DNA of 32,000 nucleotides from Candidatus Saccharimonadota bacterium. GTDB lineage: Bacteria > Patescibacteriota > Saccharimonadia > Saccharimonadales > UBA4665. The position numbers and the translations under genes were made by a program. Numbering within the stretch: the first letter of the stretch is position 1; each line of letters starts with the position of its first letter. The notes beneath the pieces were generated by a model. That model was given only the letters and a program-made list of their open reading frames with translations. It made no database searches and had not been told where the DNA came from. Below, in pieces: positions 1 through 9,569 of this stretch. Location of the stretch: NCBI GenBank assembly GCA_016699935.1, contig CP064992.1, forward strand, positions 270,001-302,000. The letters are read 5' to 3'.

Positions 1-67
1 GACCATCTACAAAGATGCTATATCTTCCCTCACGTTTCACCTGCGTTTTTATGGCCGTAATGTTCAT
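1..67 (-). CDS. partial CDS (first 22 codons; continues off the left edge), RecX-like
   Basis: The ATG at 67-65 overlaps the TGA stop (66-64) of the upstream hydrolase gene (ATGA coupling). The translation MNITAIKTQVKREGRYSIFVDG resembles RecX N-termini, and the gene lies in the recA operon. The fragment is too short to be certain. Confidence 0.4.
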   Translation of the reverse strand, partial: MNITAIKTQVKREGRYSIFVDG

Positions 68-651
68 TTTAATCGACCAAGCATCCTTGCAAGGATTGGA
101 AAACTGGCGTATTTCTTACTTTTTTCGAGGTTGAAGTGTCCTTGGCCGGGGATGATGGTAAGGTCGGCATCTAGCTGACGAGTGATGTATTCGGCCTGTT
201 TAAACGGCACATAGGGGTCATCGTCTGAGTGCAATATGATGATCTGGTTTTCGACGTTCGCCTTTATCTTTCGCCAGTCAAACGGTACATCAAATAGCCG
301 GGCGTTTGCTTCCCATTCGGTGGCGACACTTTCACCGCATTCGTTTGTGAAAACTGATACGCAGACGACTGTTTTTAACTTGGTTTGATTTGTTTGGGCG
401 ATCAGCAGCGCCAGATCTGCACCCGACGAATGGCCAATAACTATCATGTCTTCATCGAGTACGAACGGTGCGTTCTGTTGCACAAAAGCCAGCCATTCAC
501 GCAGACTCGGCTGTTCGGCATGAGGTAACTGTGGCAGCCAGACATCATAGCCTTTGGCTTTTAGTTGAGCCTCCAGCCACCGGAACCAATTCCCTTCCGG
601 CGACCCTTCTGACCCATGCAAAATGACTGCTCTTTTTATGCCTTTTCTCAT
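64..651 (-). CDS. alpha/beta serine hydrolase, YdeN/RBBP9-like
   Basis: The ORF track gives 64..666. N-terminal ILHGSEGSPEGNWFRWL and the nucleophile elbow GHSSGA fit this family. The preferred start is the ATG at 651, which overlaps the upstream TGA (ATGA); position 666 is a TTG. Confidence 0.7.
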   Translation of the reverse strand: MRKGIKRAVILHGSEGSPEGNWFRWLEAQLKAKGYDVWLPQLPHAEQPSLREWLAFVQQNAPFVLDEDMIVIGHSSGADLALLIAQTNQTKLKTVVCVSVFTNECGESVATEWEANARLFDVPFDWRKIKANVENQIIILHSDDDPYVPFKQAEYITRQLDADLTIIPGQGHFNLEKSKKYASFPILARMLGRLK

Positions 652-1193
652 GCGTCCTTTAACCAAGTTAAGTCGAGTTCTACGACAGTGGCATTACCGT
701 GATTCGGCATATCATAAAACCATTTAGGATCCTTGCCAATTCTTAGGCAGTCAATCAATCTTGATACCCCTCCATGGGCAACAATCACCACCGTGCCCGA
801 ATCCTCCCAAGCACTATACAGAGCTGATTTTACTCTTTTCGCGAATTCAGCTGGCTTTTCAGCGCCGGGGAAGCTTACAATTTTTTCGGCTGTCATACCT
901 TCGAGTGACTGCCCTTGACCCACTCCTAATTCATACTCTTTTAGCCGCGGATCTAGCTCTATTCTCTGTACGTCATAGCCAATTTCAGCGGCAATTATCT
1001 GGGCAGTTTCGAGAGCTCGACTCAGCGGAGAAGTTATGATTTTATTGATTGAATTATTCTTCAGCGCTCGACCAGCCTGTCTGGCTTGCTGCCTTCCGAG
1101 ATCAGTTAGGTTGCTATCGTTAGAGCCACCAGCCAATATTCCAGCTAGGTTTGCTTGGCTTTGACCATGTCGAATATAAAGCACTCGACCCAT
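648..1193 (-). CDS. histidine phosphatase family protein (phosphoglycerate mutase-like)
   Basis: Intact 181-aa ORF with the RHG catalytic motif (LYIRHGQSQANL) and a second catalytic His context (VAHGGVSR). It starts 4 nt after the recA stop. Confidence 0.8.
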   Translation of the reverse strand: MGRVLYIRHGQSQANLAGILAGGSNDSNLTDLGRQQARQAGRALKNNSINKIITSPLSRALETAQIIAAEIGYDVQRIELDPRLKEYELGVGQGQSLEGMTAEKIVSFPGAEKPAEFAKRVKSALYSAWEDSGTVVIVAHGGVSRLIDCLRIGKDPKWFYDMPNHGNATVVELDLTWLKDA

Positions 1194-1197
1194 CTAT

Positions 1198-2233
1198 CTA
1201 TTCCTTTGTGGCGGCTTCGCGGACCTTGGCGGCTATTTCAGATTGGACTTTGGGGTTTTCTTGCAGATATGTCTTGGCAGCTTCACGTCCTTGGCCTATT
1301 TTCTCGCCGTTATAGGCAAACCAGGCACCAGCTTTTCGACAATGTTTTGCGTGACGGCTAGGTCAAGTATGTCGCCGGCAACCGAAATGCCTTGGTTATA
1401 CATTATGTCAAACTCGGCTTCGCGGAAGGGCGGGGCAATCTTGTTTTGACCACTTTCACCCGAGCGCGATTGCCTATAACTGCATCACCAGCTTTGATTT
1501 GCGAAATACGGCGTATATCCATCCTGACACTTGCGTAGAATTTAAGCGCGTTTCCACCGGTGGTAGTTTCTGGGTTACCAAACATAACACCAATCTTCAT
1601 GCGAATCTGGTTGATGAAAATGACGGTAGTTTTACTACGGCTTATAACCCCAGTTAGTTTACGCAAAGCCTGGCTCATGAGACGCGCTTGTAGTCCCATA
1701 TGGCTATCGCCCATGTCACCTTCTATCTCTGCACGGGGTACGAGTGCTGCAACAGAGTCAACAACGATAAGGTCGACGGCATTGGAGCGAACCAGCGTTT
1801 CGGTAATTTCAAGTGCTTGTTCCCCGTTATCTGGCTGACTGAGCAGCAAATTCTCAATATCCACACCAATGCGTTTGGCATATGAAGGGTCAAGTGCGTG
1901 TTCTGCGTCTATGAAAGCCGCTGTGCCACCGCGCTTTTGCACTTCGGCTATGGCGTGAAGAGTGAGCGTGGTTTTACCACTCGATTCCGGACCGTAAATC
2001 TCGACGATACGGCCTTTCGGAATTCCTCCGCCAAGCGCAAGATCAAGCGAGAGACTACCGGTAGGCGTACACTCAACCTCAACACCTTGGTTTTCACCGA
2101 GCTTCATGATAGAACCTTTGCCGAATTGCTTCTCTATGGTTTCGAGCGCAAGACCTAGTGCCTTAGCTTTGCCTTCGCCCTCTTGCTTCGCTTCTTTTGT
2201 ATTATCCACCTTATCGCTTGCTGTTTTTGCCAT
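1198..2233 (-). CDS. recA: recombinase RecA (two frame disruptions in this sequence)
   Basis: The ORF 1403..2233 carries the Walker A motif [10 protein letters not shown] and the FIDAEHALD and [10 protein letters not shown] blocks. The C-terminus continues in other frames ([26 protein letters not shown]..., ...[26 protein letters not shown]...KE*) if one base is restored in the runs at 1444-1447 and 1333-1336. Confidence 0.95.
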
Positions 2234-2335
2234 TTCTGGTCCTCCCGTCTACGGCCACCTCGCCGGTGACCTGAATCAAATAATATTGTATGCAATGGTA
2301 TACGCCCTCACCCTTCCAAAAGCAAACTAATTTTC

Positions 2336-2362
2336 ATTTTGGGAGGACAGTCCTCCCAAAAT
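2336..2362. repeat. perfect palindrome, 13-bp arms (ATTTTGGGAGGAC a GTCCTCCCAAAAT)
   Basis: Read directly from the sequence. It lies 10 nt beyond the corrected transposase stop and shares a 21-nt core with 3012..3042. Confidence 0.9.
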
Positions 2363-2372
2363 GGTTTTGACT

Positions 2373-2989
2373 TTAATATTCGTTAGCGAGTTCGCGCTTT
2401 AAAATATCCATCATCTTCTTATTTTCTTCATAATCAGCGACAAATTCGAGGTATCTGTCGCTATTCGAAACAGCTCAAGTATACGCTCCGGCCGCATCCA
2501 CGCCTCTTGGGCGCGTTGCAAATAATACGGCAAACTAGAGTATTCATAGGTGCGCCATGTGCGCGGATTGAGGTGAATATATCGAGTAATATGTTGCAAG
2601 TAGCTGTCATCACTGACGAGTGAGGAACGGAATCGTGACTCGAAAAGCGAACCAGTACGTTTATACTTTTGGTTGAAATAACGACTGTAACTAGTCATCA
2701 GGCTTTGCATGAAACTGGTTAATGCGCCTTGCTGGTACTGATACGCTAGTAAATGAAAGTGGTTCGGCATGACACAGAACGCTACCAAATCGACCTTGTG
2801 GTAAAAATTTGGATAAGAAATACCGTACGGATCTTTCGCTTCTTCGGGAGAAAGATATCTGGCAAACAGTTTTAAAAATGTCAAATAATCTTGTTCGTCG
2901 ATAAAAATCCGCATTTTGCTGTTGCCACGGGCATAAACGTGGTAGAAACTATCTGGCGCATCAAGACGGATAACATTCCTTCTGGGCAT
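2373..2989 (-). CDS. Y1 (HUH) transposase, REP-associated tyrosine transposase / IS200-like (one frame disruption near 2463)
   Basis: FYHVYARGN, the HUH motif MPNHFHLL and the catalytic-Tyr helix YLQHITRYIHLNP are present. The start is placed at the internal ATG at 2989, because the ORF-track extension to 3127 reads through the palindrome. The C-terminus continues as FRNSDRYLEFVADYEENKKMMDILKRELANEY* after a 1-nt correction. This matches the C-terminus of the paralog at 15590..16269. Confidence 0.8.
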
Positions 2990-3011
2990 ATAGCTACTAT
3001 ACCACAAAAGA

Positions 3012-3042
3012 CCACCTTGGGAGGACTGTCCTCCCAAGGTGG
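3012..3042. repeat. perfect palindrome, 15-bp arms (CCACCTTGGGAGGAC t GTCCTCCCAAGGTGG)
   Basis: Read directly from the sequence. It lies 22 nt upstream of the transposase ATG and 46 nt upstream of the divergent pilB ATG. Confidence 0.9.
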
Positions 3043-3087
3043 GGATGAGGCTGGGATTGCGGTTGTGGTTTTGGTATACTGTTAGGA

Positions 3088-4907
3088 ATGCGTGTATCAG
3101 ATAGTTTGGTGGAGAAGCTACTGGCATCGACTGGCAAGTTTAGCGATGAACAGCTTGAGGCCCTCCGAAAACAAGAAAAAAGCGAGAAAAAACCCCTACA
3201 AGATGTCGCGGTTAGCTCAAACACACTCACCGAAAAAGAGCTGACCCAGTTGTATGCTGAAGAAATTGATGTGCCTTTGTGGAATTTGCGGCGCGAGACC
3301 TTCCTCGAGAGATAGTCGAACTAATACCTGAACGTGTCGCTCGGCAACACCGAGCAATTGCCTTCCAGACCGGTGAAGACGGTGTGGTGTTTATTGCGAT
3401 GGAAGATCCAGACGATGTACCAGCGATAAGTTTTCTGCAAAAACAGCTCGGAAAACCAGTGCGCGTTCACATTGCCACTACGACAACAATTCAGAGCGCG
3501 CTTGATTTATATAGCGGCGACGCCAGCAATGTTGGAAGTGAGATTGAACGAGTCATTGCTATACAGGAAAAGGATGATGCGGATGAGGTGGTCGATAAAG
3601 CAGACGTGGCCGAGGACTCACCCATTGCTCAAACGGTTAACCTCGTCATTGACTATGGGGTGAAAAATGGTGCAAGCGACATTCACATTGAACCACGCGA
3701 GAACTTCGTTGTGGTGCGGTACCGCGTGGATGGCATTTTGCGTGAGGTCAATAAATTGCCGCGCAAGGTGCTCGGCGCACTGGTTTCGCGAATAAAAATT
3801 CTCGCTAACCTAAAGATAGATGAGCACCGTGCGCCACAAGACGGGCGTTTTAAAATAGTAGTAAATAACCATGTTTACGCGCTGCGCGTCTCGACGCTAC
3901 CCATCGTGGACGGCGAGAAAGTCGTCATGCGTATCCTCGATGAGTCGAGCAAGCCTGCTACGCTAGAGGAACTCGGTTATTGGGGAGGTGCTCTAGAGGC
4001 TGTACAGCAGGCAATCGTCCAACCACACGGCATGGTACTTGTGACTGGCCCGACTGGCTCAGGTAAGTCAACGAGCTTGTTTAGTGTACTCAGTATGCTC
4101 AACAGCCCCGGCGTGAATATCAGCACGGTTGAGGATCCAGTCGAGTACCGTATTTTCGGTGCTAACCAGACACAGGTAAACCCACTGGCCGGCATGACGT
4201 TTAGCGGCGGCCTGCGTGCCTTGCTCCGGCAAGATCCCAACATCATCATGGTCGGTGAAATCCGCGACGGCGAAACCGCTGACCTTGCAGTCCAAGCGGC
4301 GCTGACAGGACACCTTGTATTCAGCACTCTGCATACCAACAACGCTGCGACCTGCCTACCCCGTTTGCTTGACATGAAAATTGAGCCGTTCCTCATCGCC
4401 AGTACCGTACGAATCATAATCGGCCAGCGTTTGGTTCGAAGGTTGTGTACTGATTGCCGTGAGACCTACGAACCTGACGCAGCTCACCAAGAAAAAATGT
4501 ATAAAATATTCCAGCTTAAAGGAGAAGCATTTAAACGACTTCACGAGCTTGAGGCGAACGCTCTCGCAGCGGGCATTGGTGCGACCAATCCAAGCAAGAC
4601 TAACACTGCCGACCCTAAGACTTTCGGCACTTCAGGCAACGCAATCGTACGACTCTGGCGCGCCCATGAAGACGGCTGTAATACATGCAATCACACTGGT
4701 TACCATGGCCGGATAGGTATATACGAGGTATTGCGCAATACCGATGATATCCAGCAGCTCATTGTCAGTAATGCCACCAGTGAAAAACTACAGGAACAAG
4801 CGCTCCAAGACGGTATGCTTACCATGCAGACTGACGGCCTCGTGAAAGCACTGCGTGGGCAAACATCTATAGAAGAAATCTTGCGCGTAACCGCCGAGAA
4901 AGCTTAG
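3088..4907 (+). CDS. pilB: type IV pilus assembly ATPase PilB (GspE family); one frame disruption at 3276-3278
   Basis: The N-terminal T2SSE_N-like fragment (3088..3315) joins 3279..4907 as ...EEIDVPFVEFAARDLPREIVE... if one T is restored. Walker A GPTGSGKST, the Asp/His boxes and a C-terminal CxxC...C..C cluster are present. Confidence 0.9.
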
Positions 4908-4916
4908 TATAAGCAT

Positions 4917-6125
4917 ATGCTATTTACCTACAAAGCCCTGCGCAAAGACAACTCCAACGTATCGGGCAGCATAGAGGCCGCCGATCGAGAGGCCGCCATG
5001 ACAGCGCTCAGTAAGCAGGGTTTGCACCCGCTCCTTGTTTCGGAAGCTGGAGCTAAACGAGGGTTTGGCATCAGCAAGAAAGTTAAAAGCAGCGATATGG
5101 TTATATTTACGCGGCAGCTTTCGACAATGATTTCGGCCGGCGTACCAATTGCGAAAGGCTTGTCGACACTCCAAGATAGCACCAACAGTACTTACTTTAG
5201 GGAGGTGTTGGGGAAAATTACAAAAGATATCGAAGGTGGAACCCAGCTCGGTGATGCATTTGCAAAGTTCCCCGGTGTTTTCGATGACGTGTACGTGAAT
5301 ATGGTCAGAGCCGGTGAAGAGGGCGGCATACTTGATGAAATTCTGAAACGCCTCGCCACTCAGGTTGAGCAAAATTCGAGCATAAGAAAAAGATAAAGGG
5401 CGCCATGACTTACCCAATAGTAATTCTTGGCATCACAGTCATCGCATTTTTGGAATTATGTTTGTCCTCATGCCCAAGATATCAAAGATACTACTGGATT
5501 TGGGCGGACCAAATGCCAAGTTACCGGTGTATACACAGATGCTTATTGATTTGAGTAATTTTAGCCGAAAATACGCGTTCATTCTCATACCTGGCATGAT
5601 TTTAGTCGTATGGGCACTGCGTCGCTACATACAGACACCGAAGGGTAAATATCAGCTCCACGCACTGATGCTTAAGATTCCAGTCGTAAAAACAATCGTG
5701 ACAAAGGTTGCAATTGCTCGGTTTTCGCGCACATTCGCATCACTTATGTCTGCCGGGGTTGGGGTGCTTGATTCGCTCGCCGTAACAGGCGGGGCGATTG
5801 GCAATAAAGTTATCGAAAAGAGCTAGCCGAAGCTGCCGTACAGGTTAAAAATGGCAAACAGCTTTCCGAAGTCATCGGGCAAAGCCCGCATTTTCCAAAG
5901 ATTGTCGCACAAATGCTTGCAGTCGGCGAAGAAACCGGTGCGACCGATACTGTGCTTATAAAGGTAGCTGACTTTTACGAGGAGGAGGTAACAACGGCAA
6001 TTGACAGTCTCGCCTCTATAATCGAGCCAGTGATGATTTTGTTCCTTGGTGCAGGTGTTGGACTTATCGCTGCTAGTGTTATGGGACCGATTGCGAGCCT
6101 GAGCAGCAACGTGGGCAATAGCTAA
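4917..6125 (+). CDS. pilC: type IV pilus platform protein PilC (GspF family); three frame disruptions
   Basis: Fragments 4917..5396, 5458..5826 and 5913..6125 form one GspF-type protein with two repeated T2SSF domains (FTRQLSTMISAGVPI / FSRTFASLMSAGVGV). The joins fall at the runs 5397-5401 (A), 5448-5452 (T) and 5816-5819 (A). Confidence 0.9.
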
Positions 6126-6303
6126 ACGCAGTCTTAAGTACTTGACTTACGCCACTAACAATACCGCTATCCTTTCTGCCTCATGTCTTACGTCGCTACT
6201 AACGAGTCGACATCAGATGGAAGTGCTATGAAAATCACCACAAAACTATGCCTCTTCCTCCGGTCATCGATATCATTCCAGAGAGAAGGAAACTGATTCT
6301 GAC

Positions 6304-6331
6304 TTGACGCCACAGAGCTTATGGTTATAAT
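6304..6331 (+). promoter_or_regulatory. candidate sigma70-type promoter for the pilin gene
   Basis: TTGACG (6304-6309), a 16-nt spacer and TATAAT (6326-6331) lie about 65 nt upstream of the pilin ATG. The RBS AAGGAGG is at 6380-6386. Confidence 0.45.
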
Positions 6332-6396
6332 CAGATACAGACTTACGGGATAATAGCCCGTCAAGCAATAATTCATAACAAGGAGGGTGGGCCCTT

Positions 6397-6878
6397 ATGG
6401 TTTCACTAAAGAATAAAAAAGGTTTCACAATCGTTGAACTATTGATTGTGATTGTAGTCATCGGCATCTTGGCGACGCTCGTTATCGTCACATTTACGGG
6501 TATTCAACAAAAAGGTCGCAATAGTCAGAGGCAAACGGATATTAATGCCATTCAGAGCCAGGCCGAGGCATTCTTTGCCCAGCACGGTTTCTACCCAACA
6601 CTTGCAGATTTGCAAGACACGTCAACACCATCGTTTATCGCGACACATATGAAGGGGCTACCCCTGAGGCACTGAAAGATCCAAAAGGTCCAACGGCGAA
6701 TATTGCTGCTACAACTGATAGCGATCAATACAGCTATGTAGCAACTGGGACAGCATGCACAAACACTACAGCGACAACAGTTACTGCTGGTGAGCTGGTT
6801 GAGAATGGTTGCGACGCCTTTACTGTCCAAGCCACGCTTGAAGGTAGTACAACTCCGTACACTAAAAAAAGTAATTAG
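6397..6878 (+). CDS. pilA: type IV pilin (prepilin with N-terminal methylation motif); one frame disruption at 6654-6657
   Basis: The class III signal and cleavage motif KKGFTIVELLIVIVVIGILA is present. After the G-run at 6654-6657 the frame continues as ...GATPEALKDPKGPTANIAATTDSDQYSYVATGTACTNTTATTVTAGELVENGCDAFTVQATLEGSTTPYTKKSN*, which includes a Cys pair. Confidence 0.8.
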
Positions 6879-6894
6879 AACGCTAATTTCTTGG

Positions 6895-6929
6895 AAACAG
6901 GGCTGCTTGAACCACAGCCCTGTTTTTTT
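6895..6929 (+). terminator. rho-independent terminator after the pilin gene
   Basis: An 11-bp perfect stem AAACAGGGCTG / CAGCCCTGTTT with a 9-nt loop runs directly into a T-run that ends at 6929. Confidence 0.75.
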
Positions 6930-6950
6930 GTCCTAAAACCCTACAATAGC

Positions 6951-7110
6951 CTGAGTTCGACATAACTGTCGACCTCAGCAGTGGAGGGATCGCCCTCCCC
7001 ACTTTTTGGCTGGAGTAAATCCAGCCAAAAAGTCCCCCACCCCTATAAAGGCGTTGCTCTCGCATCGCTGCTGACGGCGAGTGGAGCCTTTGTCGTATGC
7101 TTATGTCGAA
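6951..7110 (+). other. cluster of stem-loops of unknown function (candidate structured RNA or regulatory region); strand unresolved
   Basis: H1 spans 6951-6978 (11-bp stem, 1 mismatch). H2 spans 6983-6998 (GGAGGG atcg CCCTCC). H3 spans 7001-7033 (14-bp perfect stem, loop GTAAA). H4 spans about 7056-7087. In addition, 6956-6965 (TTCGACATAA) is perfectly complementary to 7101-7110 (TTATGTCGAA). Confidence 0.3.
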
Positions 7111-7309
7111 TTGGGGTTAAAATAACTGTAAATCGCATCCCCCAGATAGTCGTCTAGAATACAGCGCTGAACGCTCACCGTACATGGGCAGAGAGCTTGA
7201 GTCGACGCCCGCCCTATTGGCCAGATTCGTTACGTCAGGCTTCCTATATATAGCCCTGGGTGTGTTATGATAGTCAGAGAAAGTACATATGCTTTAATGA
7301 GTGGGCGGC

Positions 7310-8380
7310 ATGAAAAAAACACGCGAGATACCATACCTGTTTGAAGACAAACCTCTGTTTGGTTTAGACATTGGCCATAACACAGTTCGAGTCATGCAGC
7401 TTGATGCTGGTAAGCATAAACCGAGAGTACTAGGATATGGTGAAATATCATTCGATTCAAGCTTCATCGAAGATGGCGTTATTATCAGGCTTGAAGAACT
7501 CGCAGCAATTATACAAAAGCTATTCAAACACAGCCTCGTTGGAGATATAACTACTAATCGTGTTGCAATGAGCGTGCCGATATCAAGGGCATTCACGCGC
7601 TCGGTCGACTTTCCGAAGTTAAGCGAAAAAGAAATTCTCGCCGCAGTCCAAACCGAAGTTGAACAATATGTTCCAGCCGCAGCCGAAAGCCTTTACATCG
7701 ATTACTCGACGGTACAGTCTGGTAAAGAAAGATGGACGACATTTATCGTTGCAATGCCGAGACGAATTGTCGATTCTTATATGACCTTGTGTCGACTACT
7801 TGGGATAGAACCTATCATTATTCAGACTTCAAGTGGGGCTGGCGCGCACCTATTTTCACTAGATACACAGGGAGATCTACCAAGTGTTCTCGTTGATTTT
7901 GGCAGCGACAGCGCCGATATTACGGTATTTGACAAAAACCCCATAGTGAGTGGTACGGCCGAATGCGGTGGCGAGGATATTACCAAACTAATCGCAAAGG
8001 CGCTTGGAGTTAACCAGCGCGAAGCAACCATAATAAAAACGAAGTACGGGCTTAGCTACAGCAAAAAACAAAAACAGATTGAGAGTGCTCTCTCGACAAA
8101 TCTAACAACCCTAGTAAAAGAAATTCAACGCAGTATGCGGTACTACGAAGAACGTTCAAAAAGTAAGAGTGCCGTTGCGCAAGTTGTCATCATGGGCGGC
8201 GGAGCAAACATGCCCGGCTTAGCTGATTATCTTACCAGCACGCTTCGGATTCCCGTCAGAGCATTCGACCCGACACACTTTATCGAGTTTGGAAGACTAC
8301 AGCCAATCAACACCAGTGAACGCATGTCCTACGTGTCAGCGGCAGGATTAAGTATGCTTCAAGCTAAGGAGGCGTTCTAA
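7310..8380 (+). CDS. pilM: type IV pilus assembly protein PilM (actin-like ATPase fold)
   Basis: Intact ORF with the N-terminal phosphate-1 motif FGLDIGHNTVRVMQLD and a later GGGANMPGL motif. The ATG at 7310 is preferred over the GTG at 7301. Confidence 0.85.
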   Translation: MKKTREIPYLFEDKPLFGLDIGHNTVRVMQLDAGKHKPRVLGYGEISFDSSFIEDGVIIRLEELAAIIQKLFKHSLVGDITTNRVAMSVPISRAFTRSVDFPKLSEKEILAAVQTEVEQYVPAAAESLYIDYSTVQSGKERWTTFIVAMPRRIVDSYMTLCRLLGIEPIIIQTSSGAGAHLFSLDTQGDLPSVLVDFGSDSADITVFDKNPIVSGTAECGGEDITKLIAKALGVNQREATIIKTKYGLSYSKKQKQIESALSTNLTTLVKEIQRSMRYYEERSKSKSAVAQVVIMGGGANMPGLADYLTSTLRIPVRAFDPTHFIEFGRLQPINTSERMSYVSAAGLSMLQAKEAF

Positions 8381-8977
8381 TGCTCAACCTCTTACCTCCA
8401 TCAGTAAAACAGGCCTACCGCTATGGACGCTTTAATCGTCATCTTGTCCGCTGGATTATAACCCTCATCTTCGGTATTGTCGGCGTCGGCTTGATAACAG
8501 CTGCGGGGTATCTATACCTGAACCAGTCTACACAAAATTATTCCAAACAAGTCACAGCCACGAACTCGCAATTGGCAGCCCAAAATCTTAGTAGCGTGCA
8601 AGAGGAAGTAAAAGATATTTCAAATAATCTGAAGCTCGTTGTTGACGTTTTATCAAAACAAGTGCTTTTTTTCTGAGTTGCTGACGCAAATAACTACTCT
8701 CATGCCAGGCGATACAAACCTTACGGGACTATCGATTCTGCAATCGCAGGGTGGTATTGACATTACCGCAGCCGCCAAAACCTATGCTGCCGCAACACAA
8801 ATTCAAGTGAACTTGAGCGATAAAAACAATGGCGTTTTTAGCAAAGCAGATATCGTGAGCATTAACTGTTCCGGCACAACTACCTATCCGTGCACCATTA
8901 TGATGCGGGCTCTTTTTGCGAACAACAAATCGTACATGCTTATCCAGGACAACAAAGGAGGCACGAATGGACAATAA
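8380..8977 (+). CDS. pilN: PilN-like pilus assembly protein; frame disruption in the T7 run at 8666-8672
   Basis: The start overlaps the pilM stop (ATGA-type overlap). The N-terminal NLLP motif (MLNLLPPSVK) is followed by a single TM helix. Fragments 8380..8676 and 8639..8977 join as ...LSKQVLFSELLTQITTLMPG... Confidence 0.65.
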
Positions 8978-9569
8978 AAAACTCAGTCTTCTGCTTACGG
9001 CCTGCGCTACCTTCTTGTTGTTCGGGCTATTCGGGTCAGTATTGTATGCAAATCACATCCTGACGGCAAAGTCGCGTGAACTGAGCAAGCTTAAGGCACA
9101 GAGTCAGGTGGCCGACGAGCTCCAGATTTCGTTGAAAAAGAACAAAGCTGATATTGTAAAATATGCCGAGTTAAATAAAATTGCTAAGTCCGTCGTGCCC
9201 CAAGACAAAAACCAGGCTCAAACTGTCACTGAGATAGTAAAAATTGCAAATGATAGCGGCTTCGCAAAGCCTACTTCTATCACATTTCCGTCTTCTACAC
9301 TTGGTGGCACTGCTGGCGCGAAAAATTCCTCAGGTGGCCTAACTCAAGTGACCCCTGTCAAGGGGATACCTGGGGTGTACCTGCTGCCAATCACCATTAC
9401 TCAAGACACAAATAGCGCCATACGGTACTCTCAATTCATCACATTCCTGAATAAACTTGAAAACAACCAACGCACCGCTCAGGTAAGCTCAGTCAGCATT
9501 ACACCTGACCCGAAAAACCCAACTAACATTTCATTCAACCTTTCTGTAAACGTCTATATAAAACCATGA
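8967..9569 (+). CDS. PilO-like pilus assembly protein
   Basis: The ATG at 8967 is preceded by AAGGAGG. The protein has an N-terminal TM helix, a coiled-coil segment (SRELSKLKAQSQVADELQISLKK) and a C-terminal domain. The assignment rests on this architecture and on its position after pilM and pilN. Confidence 0.5.
   Translation: MDNKKLSLLLTACATFLLFGLFGSVLYANHILTAKSRELSKLKAQSQVADELQISLKKNKADIVKYAELNKIAKSVVPQDKNQAQTVTEIVKIANDSGFAKPTSITFPSSTLGGTAGAKNSSGGLTQVTPVKGIPGVYLLPITITQDTNSAIRYSQFITFLNKLENNQRTAQVSSVSITPDPKNPTNISFNLSVNVYIKP

Larger units (their letters stand above)
2336..3042 (-). mobile_element. Y1-transposase unit (RAYT/IS200-like gene plus flanking palindromes), 707 nt
   Basis: A single HUH/Y1 transposase gene is bracketed on both sides by copies of the same perfect palindrome (core TTGGGAGGAC-N-GTCCTCCCAA). 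Confidence 0.6.

Noticed and set aside
2990-3127. The N-terminal 46-codon extension of the transposase ORF (the ORF track starts it at 3127).
   Set aside because: The extension is translated straight through the 31-nt perfect palindrome and has no homology to the paralog. The conserved N-terminus (MPRRNVIRLDAPDSFYHVY) begins at the internal ATG at 2989.
6883-7065. A 60-aa minus-strand ORF in the pilin-pilM gap.
   Set aside because: It is composed of the hairpin arms H1-H3 and the terminator stem read as codons. The palindromic DNA generates the ORF, and there is no start context.
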